Shown here: positions 1-12,755 of the stretch, piece by piece | Position numbering within the stretch: the stretch's first letter is position 1 | Layout: every line of letters starts with the position of its first letter | From: Lepidodermella squamata | Lineage: Eukaryota > Animalia > Gastrotricha | Direction: 5' to 3' | Assembly: GCA_047495785.1 (NCBI GenBank) | Contig: JBLDXI010000032.1 | Span: forward strand, 1-64,000 | DNA: 64,000 nucleotides | The notes under the pieces: model-generated | The model's database searches: none | Seen by the model: the letters and a program-made list of their open reading frames with translations, nothing else | What the model was told of the DNA's origin: nothing | Translations under genes and position numbers: made by a program

Positions 1-1
1 A

Positions 2-340
2 CACATCTCGTGAGAGTATGACGGCAAATGGCACTGGCCTGGCTCCTGCGAGTGGTCAACGGACGTCGAGAAAAAACAGCGCCAGTTAATCGACACCGCA
101 GGCCGGGCGAGCGACAGTGAATTGGCCAAGGATTTGATTTTTCAGGGCTACGACATCAATTGGCAAGACCCTGAACCTCCAGCTGCTGCTGCTTGCTCGC
201 CGCTGGCTCAGAATTTCGTCAATCAAACGGCGTTATTTCGAGCCTTAGCTTGCCGCCAGAGTGACGAGTTCATTCAATTTCTACTCGAAAACGGCGCAGA
301 TCCGAAAATTAAGGCGACAAATTTGAAGCAGAAGGGCATA
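2..340 (+). pseudogene. Truncated paralog of the sushi-ankyrin gene (end of CCP domain plus first ankyrin-like repeats)
   Basis: Frame 2 reads HIS*EYDGKWHWPGSCEWS..KQRQLID..QGYDINWQD..NQTALFRALAC..LLENGADP, colinear with the 16338-17819 protein. In-frame TGA at 11-13 sits at the CCP cysteine. Similarity stops near 330. Confidence 0.7.
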
Positions 341-591
341 TATATGATAAAATATCGTTACAATACTGTTGAACAGAGGATGAGAAGGAGTAAAAACTTG
401 TATTTTAGCCACCCCGGGAAATTATTATTTCTTTTTTTTTTTAATTTTTTAGAATTGCGATTTCGGGGTGGCTAAAATTGAGGTTAATTAAAATTGGGAG
501 AGGGTTAACATTTTTCACATTTATAATACTGATAATTCTTCGTAAAAAAATGACGAATTATTTTACAAAATATTTTTGATCCATTCCCTCA

Positions 592-2944
592 TTATGCGAT
601 GACCTGTCTTATCCATTTTACGACAGAACAAACGCGGCTGTAAATGCCTGGCTTGCCGTCAGTCCCGCAAATCGACGAAGTTCCAGACGATGTGACGCCG
701 ACCAGGTGATAGCGATCGCCGACCAGGCACATCAAAGGACCGCCACTGTCGCCCACGCAGGAGTCGCGGCCGTCCGTGCCACCTGCGCACATTTCATTGG
801 GCAGCAAGTCGCCGGCAATTGGGCTGCATTTTTCGTGGGACACGTAGTTCATAGCTACATGGCGCAGCTCGTTCGGATAATTCCAGTCCCAACCAATATC
901 TAAATACAAAAATTAAACATAGAATTAATCAAAGAACATCAGTTCGAAAAAAATTAGAATAATTAAAATAATTGGTACAATTGAAGCTCGACCGCAAATT
1001 TTCCAAAAATTCCAGAAACTGAAGGGAAAGTATTTCCAAGTAGATCGCATCCTGCTGATAACCTTTTCCTTTGAGAGCGGCTTCCTAGCTATCACCGATC
1101 TCGAGATAATCGCTCAGGTGTGAAATAAGGTCAGGTCACGTGACCCACTTCACATACGAATATCTCCCTAACGGTAGGGGATAAAAATATGGGGTTTTCA
1201 AATTTTTAATCCTCGATTTTTCCTCTATCGAAATATATTTTTAGAAAAAATGTATAGATTTTCCAATGATTTGAGGAAAATGACCCAGTTTCAGACAATT
1301 CATTCACCATAAATTTCTGCTCAATGCCCAACTTTTACAAACTCAATGGTAATTTCTAAATTCAACAAAAAATTACCTTGTGAATTTATGAATTTTTTTT
1401 TATTTTTTCGAGCAAACTTACTCGCTAGCCCCCATCCAGCCGAAATGACTTGGCTGCACGAGTCTATTGTAGTCGCCTCAACCGGGTAATTATCTACAGT
1501 GTTGTCGCAAATGTTAGGATCGTCAGGCAGACAAATCGGCCGTATCGAATCGTTAGGTTCTATCGTCGCATTCAGCTCGAGTAGGGCATAATTGAAGTAG
1601 TACGGCTTTGATTTGTCGTAATTAGGATGCGCAACTACCCGCGTATAGCTCAATATGCGCTCGCCCGCATTTCGGCCTATTTCAGCGCGACTGTAACTCG
1701 ACAGTAACACGCGACTTTTAACAATAGGCCTGAAACAACAAAAGTGATAAAATTAATTAAGTAAAAGTGGACAATCATAGGCTGACCTAATTAAAAGACA
1801 ACTCGCACTTGTGAGCAGCCACTTTTTCGAGATTAACGTAGCCCCGCAGTAGTGAGCTGTATTCGGGGGCAGCCAAAATTGAAGCCTGGCCTAAAAAAAT
1901 TAAATTTCAAATCTGAAAGCATCAATAAAAAATTCTGAAAAAATCGAATTTGAGTTTAAAAATAAAATAAATAAATAAAATGAAAAATAATTTTTAACAA
2001 TTTATATTTAAATTTATTCACCATCCACGGGTAAGCGTTTTGAGGCGCCGATTTGCCGCCGAAAACCTTGTAAGCCACCGTATTTCTTGCTCCAGTTATG
2101 CCACAGTAGTCGCTCGTGCTCGACGCCGATCTCGAGTTCATCGCAACTGGCCTCGGGTCGTTGTACTGAGTCGCATCTTTCTCACCCTCGGCATCAACAT
2201 CAGCATAGGGCGCCCGATCAGGCAGCGGCTCGTCGTTCTGAATCGCGTTTTTCTTCTTATTTCGGACTGATTTAAATTGAAGTTTAGCCCGGGTTGACGT
2301 CGGCTTCTTCAACCGCGCGGTTATTTTAGGCGGATCAGGCGTGTGGAACATAATGACTTGTTGCTGAGATGAGACATTCGATGATTTTTCGACGCTGTGT
2401 GACTGCGAACCTTCTAATAAGGCCTTTTGAGCTGGTCTATAACTACTAGCATTGATTGTAATTAGCCGAATAGATGACTTCCTCGGGATAGGTGTAGTAG
2501 GCGGTTTCGTTTTGAACATCATAAAAGGATTAAGTGGAGGCCACGGTTGATCGGCTAAAATTGAAATTATTTTCCAAATTTAAATAAATTGAAAAAACTA
2601 TCACCTTTCACGCATATGCCGAGATAATCAGACCAGTAGCCATTTTTGAGGCAAACCGAGCCGATTGTGCCATCTTGTACGATGAACCCTGGATCACAGT
2701 TGATGCGCACCTGGGTGCCTACAACGACTATACTTTGCGCGACTACTAGCCTGTCCATATCGATAACAGAGCCATTACGGCCGACGCCAGGTACGATGCA
2801 CCATGAGACGAGGCGGCTCTCTAACGAGGGCGTTGTGCCCTTAGGGTTCGACGACCCTGATTGGTACTGGAATTCAGCTTCGATGGATGATATAATTAGG
2901 GTGACTAAAGCGAAAACGGCGCGTTCTATTGCTACAACGCCCAT
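592..2944 (-). CDS. Secreted CCP(sushi)-trypsin-fold serine protease homolog, catalytically inactive, 5 exons
   Basis: Signal peptide, one CCP, basic linker, K|VFGG activation site, PWM, HYCGATLI. Triad His motif reads TSASC, Asp motif reads FNYALL, DSCVGDSGGP retained. GT-AG exons at about 2944-2605, 2554-2022, 1890-1787, 1729-1422 and 899-592. Confidence 0.88.
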
Positions 2945-3549
2945 TGCATTTGCGAGATTTGCGCTAATATACTAAATTTCTAAAAAAAAAATATCAAACG
3001 GTCAATAACAAACAATTTTGTAGAGGTAATAAACAGAGATCTAAATTCATTTATAATTTGAATTGCGAAATTATATTGCAATTAAAAGAAGTAGGCTTGT
3101 TTTCCACTATCATTTTTATGCGAGATGATTAGAAGCGCGTGATAAGCCGGTGTTATTCGAGGTAATTACCGATGTTATTTTTTTCTACTATTCCCTCTTG
3201 AAGCGAGAGCCAACGAGCGCCGCTAGATCAAGGCGATATGTTTTTTGCTTAACACTTATATATGTAAGTCGTGTCTCGAGGTATATAGAGGAATACACTG
3301 TTGTTATTGTTGTATACAGGCCCGCAAAACATCATCGCTGTAATAAGAAAATTTGTTTATTTTATTCTTTTTCCTTGGCCGAGCGCTACTTTTGCGCGCA
3401 CCGTTTGCGGCTAATGACTGTGTTTTAGCAAATAAATTATTTATTAATATTTTCGAGAAAATATTCCACAGCGCGCATGTCTAATAATATATCAAAGCTG
3501 CAATGGAAATATAAGGCTAATTTTTCAAAATTGGCAAATTCCGCTAAAA

Positions 3550-3795
3550 ACTAGTCCCGTTACGCGCGCGCGCATATGCGCAATGAGCGCGCTGCTTTTC
3601 TCACAACGCGCGCGCGCGCATATATAATAAAAGTGCGCAACGCACGCACATTGCAATTTGCGCGCGCACGCGGCACACTTCTTGTGACGCGCGCGCGTTA
3701 AAAAATTTGCGAGCGAAAAGATGCACATATTATACAGGAATGTAGCGCGACACTTAAAACGCGCCACTTTATAGCTTTATAATCTTACTACTGTA
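3550..3795 (-). mobile_element. Possible short non-autonomous Helitron-like repeat
   Basis: GCGC-rich block. On the minus strand it ends in a GC hairpin about 10 nt before CTAG|T. No TIR or TSD. Confidence 0.35.
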
Positions 3796-3986
3796 TTTGC
3801 TTTTCCTGAATTTATCTGGCAAACAATAAATTGTTACTCACAGGTAGTTAATGTAATACCTGTTGTGATGTGATAATTCGCGCTCTCATCGCGCAGTGTT
3901 TGTTTTATTGAGATTAATTTTAGCTTGCAAACAGCCGTTCAAGATGCGACTCTATTGTTGACAAATTAAATGTTCGATTGACACGC

Positions 3987-6900
3987 TCATTTTTCCGATA
4001 AATCAGCGCTCGGCATTTTGTGATCGAGGTACAGCGATATTTTCCTATTAGTAGCGGTGTCATTTTTGAAGCTCTGAGGCTTTGCGGTCAGTGCCATTGA
4101 GGAGGCTAGGCGGGCCAGTGCTTCGCGGCTTGGCCGTTCCAGTGGCAGATCGAAGCCGTGAATCCCATTGAGAACCGCCCTAATCCAGGGCATAACTCGG
4201 CAAACCCGGCTGTAAACTCCGGGTCGGTCGGTATCGCCGCATGAAGCCGATCCAAAAGAAGTCACGCTAAAGATTAATTGTTCAAAAAAATTGTAAAAAA
4301 AAACGAATAACTTACCCAACAACGTAAGCACGGCCATCTTGGTAGCAAATCAGTGGCCCGCCGCTAGAAAAGAAAAAAATCAAAATTTGTAATACTAGCA
4401 GAATATCTTTCAGCAGAACCAAAAATTACCTATCAAAACCTTGCACCAAATATTTTTTTCGAATAATTTTTTTAATAGCATGCCTCATTCTCATAATTAT
4501 GCATGATGAGGCCCGATGTAGAAAATCACGCAAAATGTTTGAATTTTTTGTGATTAATATGATTAATATGCTAATGCCATCAGGAATAAAATTGTCTAGC
4601 CGTTGATATCCTGAATTTCTGGAAAGGAACCAGGAAATATTAATTAGGGATCCAGCAACTACATACCAGACTCGAAATATTTGAATTTAAATTCACAGAA
4701 TGACAGTTGTTTACCTATCGCCTTCACATGTATCCGGGCTGTCATGCGTGACGGGTTGAGCGCAAATTTCCGCATCAGTGATTTTGATGCCCACGTCCTT
4801 GTAACGCGTTTGACAATCAGAGTACGGCAAATAACGAAGTTCAAACCGCTTCATAATATCCGATTCCGTGTTCCCGATATCTAAATTTTGGAAAAAAATT
4901 AAAAATTTTCGTAGAAAAATGCCTCCTTAATTAAATTATTTGATTGAAAATTTTGCCTCACTTTTTGTGATTCCCCAACCAGCCGACACAAAGTGACTGC
5001 AAGAATCGACTCCAGGTATAGCCAGCCTCAAATCATTCGCATCGAGTGTCCCATTCAGCCCACCATCACACTGAAACATTTTCCCATCAGGCAGACAAAT
5101 CGCCCGAATCTGCCTCCGAAAAAACACAGGCGTATTGAGCTCAATAAGAGCGAAATCGAATTCCATCTCATCGAATTTAAAATCAGGGTGAATAAAAACC
5201 CGTTGGGCATTAACCAGCTGCCGCTCTTGACCTAATTCACTCTGAAGGGACATGTTATGCCGGCCTAAATAGACCTGAATCGCGACGATAGGGCCTAGGG
5301 TGACACAATGAGCGGCGGTTAATATGAAGCGGCGATGTATCAAAGTGCCGCCACATCGCCGAAATTCTGGATCTCCCTCGAACATAATTTCCAGTTTAGC
5401 CATCCAAGGAAATTCATGCGGCTCGGCTGTTGTCACTTCCCGTAGATTCGCGACTTCACCTTCGCCATCCATATTTAAATTAAGGTGGATAACGTCGCTA
5501 ACGCCACATTCAGTCGAGCTGAACCGCGATTGGATGGTTTCGGAGTTTTCGTTCGATTTTTTTGTAGAGGCGGCTGATTGTTTAGGTTGGCACTTTCCTA
5601 ACTCGTTTGACCAGCCGTATTTGCCGCATATTGCGTAGGAAAACCCGTTTGGCTCGAAGCCAAAATTGCATTTCAGTGATATTCTTTCGTTGTGAGCTGC
5701 GAAGATAGCCGTCAGTGATGTTACGTTCGACTTGTCCAGGGTTCCAACAACTATCTGCCCGTTTTCGATCCCGTCTGGTACGAGGCACGATCCAATCGCT
5801 GAAAAAAATAAAATGTAACAAAAAGATGAAAACATTTTAACCCTGAATTATTTTTAAAATTTCTAAATTTAAAAAAGGGAAACCCCGAACTTTTTCCTTA
5901 TAAACTGGTTTTAATATTGCTAAAAATACTGGCAGCGGTGGGGTTCGAACCCACGCCTCCGAAGAGACTAGAGCCTAAATCTAGCGCCTTAGACCACTCG
6001 GCCACGCTACCTCGTTCTTTCTATTACATCCGATAGATTTATTACATAAAACGAAATCACGCAGGATTCATTATGGCTCGAAACTCAAGATTTCATCGTT
6101 CCCATTTTATGTTTTTGATCATTTTTGTTTGAATCATTAACCAAATTTACATGGAATAAAAAGTTTGATTTTAGAGAACTTTAGAGTCCCGAAATTTGTT
6201 TCGTAATTTTCGTAATTTTCGTAGTTTTCGTAATGAATTCGAAAGTCATTTGGATTTTGTCAAGAAAGCCTATCACTTGTCAAAATTAAACTTGACGAAA
6301 CGGTGGGACTCGGTCATTAAACTAATAGGTATTTGTTTGGTTGCTTTACGGGTGTGGCGCGAACGCCGATACCCAAGTGAAATATTTTGCACCCGACTCC
6401 ACCGATGAGGCAGAGCGCAGGGGTCAGCGGACCGAAGTGCAATGGCCCGCCTCGCCCTGGGGCGACCGACTTGTTGATCTCGGTTCATCCCAGTGCCAGG
6501 TAAGTTTAGTGGCAATAGATTTAGCCATTCGACCCCATTCAACAGCCAGACACAACAATTAATCCTCACTAATTTGCATAACCACATTTTTCTGTAGTGC
6601 GAGATGATAAAAAAAAACATTGACAATTAGCAGAGCGTAGTTTCGATCTACAGACCTCTGGGTTATGGGCCCAGCGCGCTTCCACTGCGCCACTCTGCTT
6701 GTCTAAGGATTCACATAAACAAATCGAATCAAATTTTTTAAAATTCTTCCTTAATAGTTTTTCAAAAATATTATAATTTTTTTTCTTGATTTCGAGTAAA
6801 ACAGAATTTTTGTATTTTACTTACGAGTGGATTTTGGCAGACAAATGCCGAGTTCATTTGACCAAGTTCCATTCCACAGGCAAACACTTTCACTGGCTCC

Positions 6901-7407
6901 AAACGTCAAAATCAAATCCGACCCAGCATCACACGTCATTTTGATGTGAGAACCAGGCGCAACTAGAATGTCATCACTGCTACGACGCCGCGACGAATTG
7001 ATGGTCAAAAATTCAGCCGACAACGTGTCTAAATGGCCGTTTCGACACGGCTGCGGCAGGACACAGGCGCCGTCCGGAAGTGGGTCATGATGCCGCATCG
7101 CACATTTACCTAATAAATTCGACCAGCGGCCATTGATAAGGCAAATCGTTGAGTTCGCCTCATTTCGGCCGATCGAGTAGCCTTTATCGCAGAGTAAAAC
7201 CAAAACTGTGCCGGGTTTGACTGAATTTCGGCTGGAGATTGAGTTGTTGAAATTCGACCCGTGTTGTAGTCGAATTGTACCCTGTTGGATGTTGGGCAAC
7301 GGGCACGTGGCCATGCGACGCCGCGGCCGCAGCCCGACATTTCGGCCGCAAAAACCGCTGTCGATGCAGCAAAAAATTATGAGCCATATCAAAAATTTGA
7401 AACGCAT
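3987..7407 (-). CDS. Secreted 3xCCP(sushi)-trypsin-like serine protease, 5 exons
   Basis: MRFKFLIWLIIFCC signal; two CCPs in exon 7407-6825 and a third in exon 5798-~4960 (phase-1 junction matches). Triad motifs TAAHC, FDFALI and DTCEGDS|GGP; S1 Asp indicates trypsin-like specificity. Confidence 0.9.
5930..6011 (-). tRNA. tRNA-Leu(TAG): tRNA-Leu (anticodon TAG), 82 nt
   Basis: Reverse complement GGTAGCGTGGCCGAGTGGTCTAAGGCG..CTAGA TTTAGGC TCTAG..long variable arm..GGTTCGAACCCCACCGCTGCCA. Confidence 0.97.
6349..6507 (-). ncRNA. U1: U1 snRNA (variant Sm site)
   Basis: Starts AAACTTACCTGG. Loop I GATCAACAAG, loop II ATTGCACT (U1A site), terminal GGCG-TTCG-CGCC hairpin, about 159 nt. Confidence 0.9.
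6628..6699 (-). tRNA. tRNA-iMet(CAT): Initiator tRNA-Met (CAT), 72 nt
   Basis: Reverse complement AGCAGAGTGGCGCAGTGGAAGCG..CTGGG CCCATAA CCCAG..GATCGAAA..CTCTGCTA. A1-U72 pair and GATCG T-loop; T9 Pol III terminator at about 6609-6617. Confidence 0.97.
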
Positions 7408-8237
7408 TTTGCATAAAATAATGATGAAATAATGTTGAGAAAATGAGTGATTTTGCTGATATGTGAGGAAATTGTGATGCGGAAACAATAGGGAACTTGA
7501 TTTTAACGCCTTGCTCGCGGGCTTTTGTTTGATATAGCGTCCGATTTCACGCGCTAATAATTAACACAAAAAGGGGGTAATTATAAGAAACAAAGCTAAA
7601 TACCCTCAACCAATAATGAAACAATTGATTTCCATGGTTACCCCGAGATTGGATCTTGAACAAAAATCATAACAATCGAACCACCTTCGCGTATAAATAT
7701 TTTGAGCCAAAATTTAGTCTGAAACTTCGATTCAGAAAATGAGGAACGCTCGACAAAAAAGAGCCGATTTGACCGCAGTAATAATTGCAAGAAATTTTTT
7801 TTCGCCGACTCAATCTGCACCCATCATCCTAAAAAACTGTTGATGCAGTTCGAAATATTTTTTAAATTCTCGTCACCTGCTGCAGCAAATGGACACGAGG
7901 CTAAACTGTCAGAAAAAAATTCAGAAAAATGTCTCAACTTCTCAAAATTTTTAGATATTGTAAAATTCGAGCTGCATAACTCACGATTGTCATCAAAATT
8001 TGGAAAATTTGAGGTTGGAAAAAAATCCTTTCTTTTGAGAAAGTTGAACTGAAGTGAAGGCTCATTCTTTTGAAGTTTGAAGGTTCAAGATTTCACATTA
8101 AAAATCGCAATAATTCAGGCAACCGCTTGAAAGCGTTCCGTCTTATCTTTTTTATTAAAAAAATGTATCAGTTTCACTGATTTGTTAGCTGAGGTACAAT
8201 TGACACTGTTTGTCTTGAATTACAACTGCAACGTGGC

Positions 8238-8807
8238 CTAATATTTAATGCAGCAAAATAGGCAGCATATTACTAAATCGCCAGATTTGCACTGTTCTTT
8301 CGTGCAAGAAATCGCGAAATAAATGATCGCCACTGCCGTTGCGATAGATAGACTCGCCAGGAGGATTGCCAACGTGTGAAACGCCCAATGCTCGCAGTTG
8401 TACGCGAAAATAATCGCTGGGATCGCGAACCAGAACGAGCCGAAAAACAGCGAGGCTACTGAGATGAATTTCGCGAAATTTCTCAGGCAACCCGGCGATT
8501 TTTCGGGCGTTTTGAACTCCTCCAACGCTGCGGTTTGCTGCTCGTCGACTGGTAGATAACCGCCAGCATTTATCACCATCGGAACTTCGGATGTAGCGTT
8601 TGGTTGAAAGAATAGCTGTGGCACGTTGTTAATGGCAACGCCCTGTTTATCATCATTATCTAAAGTTTTGATTTCTGAAGGTTGGTTAGTTTGATTTTGA
8701 GGCGAAGTTGTTGTAGCCGATGTGACGAATACTTGGGGCGCCTTGCCGGACCCGATGGGCTGGTCGACTTGGGTCGATGTCAGAAAACCGTAAGATGGAG
8801 TCGTCAT
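8238..8807 (-). CDS. Small membrane protein, dispanin/CD225-like topology
   Basis: 189-aa ATG ORF: S/T/P/Q-rich N-terminus, two C-terminal hydrophobic segments (FISVASLFFGSFWFAIPAIIFAY; TLAILLASLSIATAVAIIYFAIS), Cys-rich tail CCLFCC. Confidence 0.6.
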   Translation of the reverse strand: MTTPSYGFLTSTQVDQPIGSGKAPQVFVTSATTTSPQNQTNQPSEIKTLDNDDKQGVAINNVPQLFFQPNATSEVPMVINAGGYLPVDEQQTAALEEFKTPEKSPGCLRNFAKFISVASLFFGSFWFAIPAIIFAYNCEHWAFHTLAILLASLSIATAVAIIYFAISCTKEQCKSGDLVICCLFCCIKY

Positions 8808-11800
8808 TTTGTAAAATAACGAATAAAATTTAGCTCAATCCATTATTATTGATATAGTGACCTAAATAAAAAGGATAAAGCAGTTTTAAGCATGACCCAC
8901 TTTCATCGAATAGAGGTCACGCAGCCAATTCATAAAATAAGAAAAAGAGACCGATAAGCGGTGTTGAATTTTAGCTTTAAATGCGAGGAAAATCATTACA
9001 AAAAATTGAAAATATCAAAAAATATATAACGAAAGTGCCTCGGAATTTTCCGCAATTTTACAATTCATAAAAATCGGTAATAATATTGAACTGATTAAAT
9101 CACTTCATGCAGAATTATACATCAGCCTGGAAATTGCATAGAAAGTAGAAAAAATCCGGCAATTATTTAGAAATTCCGAATGGAACATATAGGATGGAAT
9201 ATTATTAAGGTGGATGATATAATTTTGTAGGCTAATTTTTGTTGACACAAAATGATAGCATTTACGCAGTTGCCTGGGAATAAAGGCCACTTTTATGGTT
9301 ATATTTTCTGCGTATGGATTCACATGCATAGCTGGTGTTTAACATTAAACAGGTACCATAAATACACATACGAGATGATGAGGCTATGAATGTAATGATG
9401 AGACATAGATAAGGCTCATCTCTTATTTTTCCACATTATACTTATGTGAGACATTATTTTAGCCGAGACCTGCTGGAACCTGAGCATACACGCTGATGGC
9501 ACGCGTGAAATGGCGAAAAATGAGATGTGAATGAATGACAGCGGTGACCATGAACTATTATTATTATCATGGCGTCGCCCACAAGTGGCTGCGTCAACAA
9601 TAATGGTGGGTTGTTCTCATAGAGGATGAAGCTGAGTTCCTTCGTCAGACCCTTCGCCTCAAGTCGCGATCTATCACGCTTGAATGGTAAAATACTATAA
9701 TAACAACGTTAAACAAGGAAGCCGTGCCTAGGACGCTAACACCCTAGCAACGGTTGCTAAGGATGAAAGAATGAGAACATAATTTCCCGAAATTATAGAA
9801 TATTTTTAAAATATTTTAAATAATTAGCAAAAAATATATTTTGCGCGTTTTGTGTTACGCGCGTTAAATGCAGTGTTTAGTTTAGCAATTTAGGCCCATC
9901 ACTAAACGAGCGCGCGTTTTGTTTTATTGTGTGTCGGTGTTTGTTATTATTACAACTGCTCATTAGCATAGAACAGCAATAATAATAGTAATAATGATAC
10001 TTTGGATGAGCCATCATAAAGGTGCCAGACGAGTAGCAGGCAATATAAAAGGTCAAATAACGATGTGACACTAATATGGCGGCGCGGGCCGAATGTTTAG
10101 CCATTTAGCGAGCTAAGTCTTATCTGACCAGTAAAATCTAAAAGGCATCTAAATGCGAATAATATTATGTATCCAAACGCGTTATGAAACTTTATAGGCA
10201 GGCTGAAAACAACACCTGAGTTGCCGAGTATACTTTGAACGTGTCTCATCACGTCGCCAGCCAGTCGATGATAATGTTCACTCGTGACTCGCGAAAGTGT
10301 CAAATTCTAACAAAGCGCGCACGCAATAAAATAAAAGGTCATCCTTAATAATAAAATGTTTCTCGCATATAAAACGTAACATAAAAAGGCGAAATATGTT
10401 TATGATTACTAAACACAAACTGCGGCTGCTGGTTCTCGTGTCTACAAAACGCTCATTTGTTGCTGCCATTTTTCAGCGCTGGTTGTAAACAAAATGGTAA
10501 TAAAAATATTTAGCTAAATGACACCAACACGAGTAAAAAAATTCGGAGAAATGCAAATGAAAATTCTAAAAAATTCTGCAAAACAAAGGTGTAGTGAAAA
10601 ATTACTCTTGACCAACATAATTTGTTGTTGTACGCGTGCCGCCTGTATAGAAATTGTTGTCCAATTTATAAAAATAACTCGAAATCTCGATTGACTCTAG
10701 GTAAAGGGCGTGGCGCGTCAAAAGGCGCCGAAAATGAGCCTGAAGTGTGAAGCGGGTCGTGTTTTTGACAAATTAAGAGGACCGCACCTTGACCTGAATA
10801 AAACTGGTATGAATGACGGCGGTTTTTACTGGAGCTCAAAAATATGAGTAACAAAATGCTGATCGATATAGCTTGAGGTGAAATCAACCCAGCTGCTATT
10901 GTTCGCCGTTTTGTTTGTAAATATATTCCGGCTTTTGTTTGACATGTATATCCGTAGTATTGACGCTCGTATATAATACCTAGCAGTTATATTATTACGA
11001 AAACCATGATTTTATCATGCAGGGCTAAATTTTACAAACATTTGAGGCGCGCGTGTGCGCGCATGAATCAATCACCGTGTAATAAAATATGCCCGCAAAA
11101 TGCGCGCGATCCATATTATTTGTAGCAAATAATAATAATAACGACACAACATTGTTTATTATTACTGACTGACTGAGGCAAGGTGACAGTCTTATATATT
11201 TGAGCCCATTGAATGACCACTGTCCGACGCGAAATAAATCGCGTAAATTCTTATTTTATTAAATATTTGAGCTATACATGCAGTTTTGCTGTTCTTTATC
11301 GATTTTTCGCGGTATTTAGTTGTACGGCAGGATATACTTTGGTGTTGCCTTAAACCTCAATTTACGGCTAAAGATAATAAATATATCAAATATTAATTAT
11401 TTTGAATAAAAACCACGATCTCATCGGATTAAACAAGAATATTAGCTATTTCGAATTGAATTTTATCCATTTGAAGTCCAAAGGTTCAAAAAAATCCTCT
11501 TGGGTGACTAAAACGTAGGGTGTCTAAAAGACACATATACGCGCTGGGAAATCGTATAAATTCTGTGAAAAAGGATAAATGACCAGTTTTTCGTCGGCTT
11601 GGTGATTAGCTAGGATCCGTTATGGGGACTGTCACCAAAGTATCATCGAAATCGATTTTGCCCAATCACCTGTGACCCAGGAAAATTGTATCGGAAAATT
11701 ACAAAACCATTTTATTCCAAATTTACTGTAATTTTTTGACAATCAATGAAAATTTCCTGAGCGCGTATAGCTGATAGGTGATGTTGTTTCTAATTTATTT

Positions 11801-12470
11801 TCCGATGTTATTTAGCACTCACCTTATCACGTGCGTCTCGTTTTTTTCTGCGCTCACCTGACCGACGTTTTTATTATTATTATATAAGCTAATCACTGCA
11901 TGCTTACAGCCGTGTTTACATGACGGACTGGGCCGAAGAATCACGTGATGATGTTTTAGTTGCCAGATCTCTACATATATAAACGCCGGCGAGGTGTCTA
12001 TAAAACCGCAAAAGCTGATGTTTGATTTTAAATGCCGAAATATTCAAACAATATTTTAACAATTTTTACAATGGATAAAATTCCGCTTTTACATCACACA
12101 AGGCAAGAAAGCAGTGTATTTCGCTATTTGAAGCTGATACCCTCTTCGAAAATCAATAGCGATGCAAAGAATTGTTATTCAAACGGAGATTCATCATCCG
12201 AATCTTGGCTACCTCCGACAATTAATGAAATGAACGCGGTTTCAAGCGCTGGAATGGATAAAAATCGAAATTCTGCCGGCTCGAATTACTACGTCAAAAT
12301 ATAACCATCATACTTGAACTTGAGAGATTTTACATTATAATCTTTAAAGAAGCGATTACCTCAAGTGAAAATCATTAAAATAACTCTGTTGATAATATTT
12401 TTATTATTTTAACAATTTCTCATCTGTTTTTATTATTTTTTTGAATTTCTGCCAAAATCCAAACGAGAAC

Positions 12471-12755
12471 ATGCCATGCGAATGTGAATCTTGCGCCAAC
12501 GGCATTTCTACGTGTTGCGTAAAACTTGCGCCTAAGGATCACCCGAAAGCAGCATATAGCCCTAGGCTGGAACGCCGGCTGAGTCGGAAAATGTCGAAAA
12601 GCAAATCGGACGATCAGCTGAACTGCCATTGCTGTTGCTCGGCCAATAACTGCAAGTGTGCGAACGATGCGTGCAATTGCTCAATTGACTGTTGCTGCAA
12701 GGTCAAGTACCGCAACGAACTGTCTCAACATCATCAGGCCACGCATAAAAAATGA
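12471..12755 (+). CDS. Metallothionein-like Cys-rich protein (94 aa)
   Basis: ATG at 12471. 16 Cys in two clusters (CxCxxC..CC; CHCCC..CKC..CNC..CCC) separated by a Cys-free basic spacer; His-rich C-terminus. Confidence 0.6.
   Translation: MPCECESCANGISTCCVKLAPKDHPKAAYSPRLERRLSRKMSKSKSDDQLNCHCCCSANNCKCANDACNCSIDCCCKVKYRNELSQHHQATHKK

Noticed and set aside
6196-6626. ORFs overlapping the U1 region
   Set aside because: Incidental frames across a structural RNA gene.
9100-12400. Short ORFs, including 12032-12304 and 10097-10469
   Set aside because: No recognisable motif or consistent exon chain; probably regulatory DNA or UTR.
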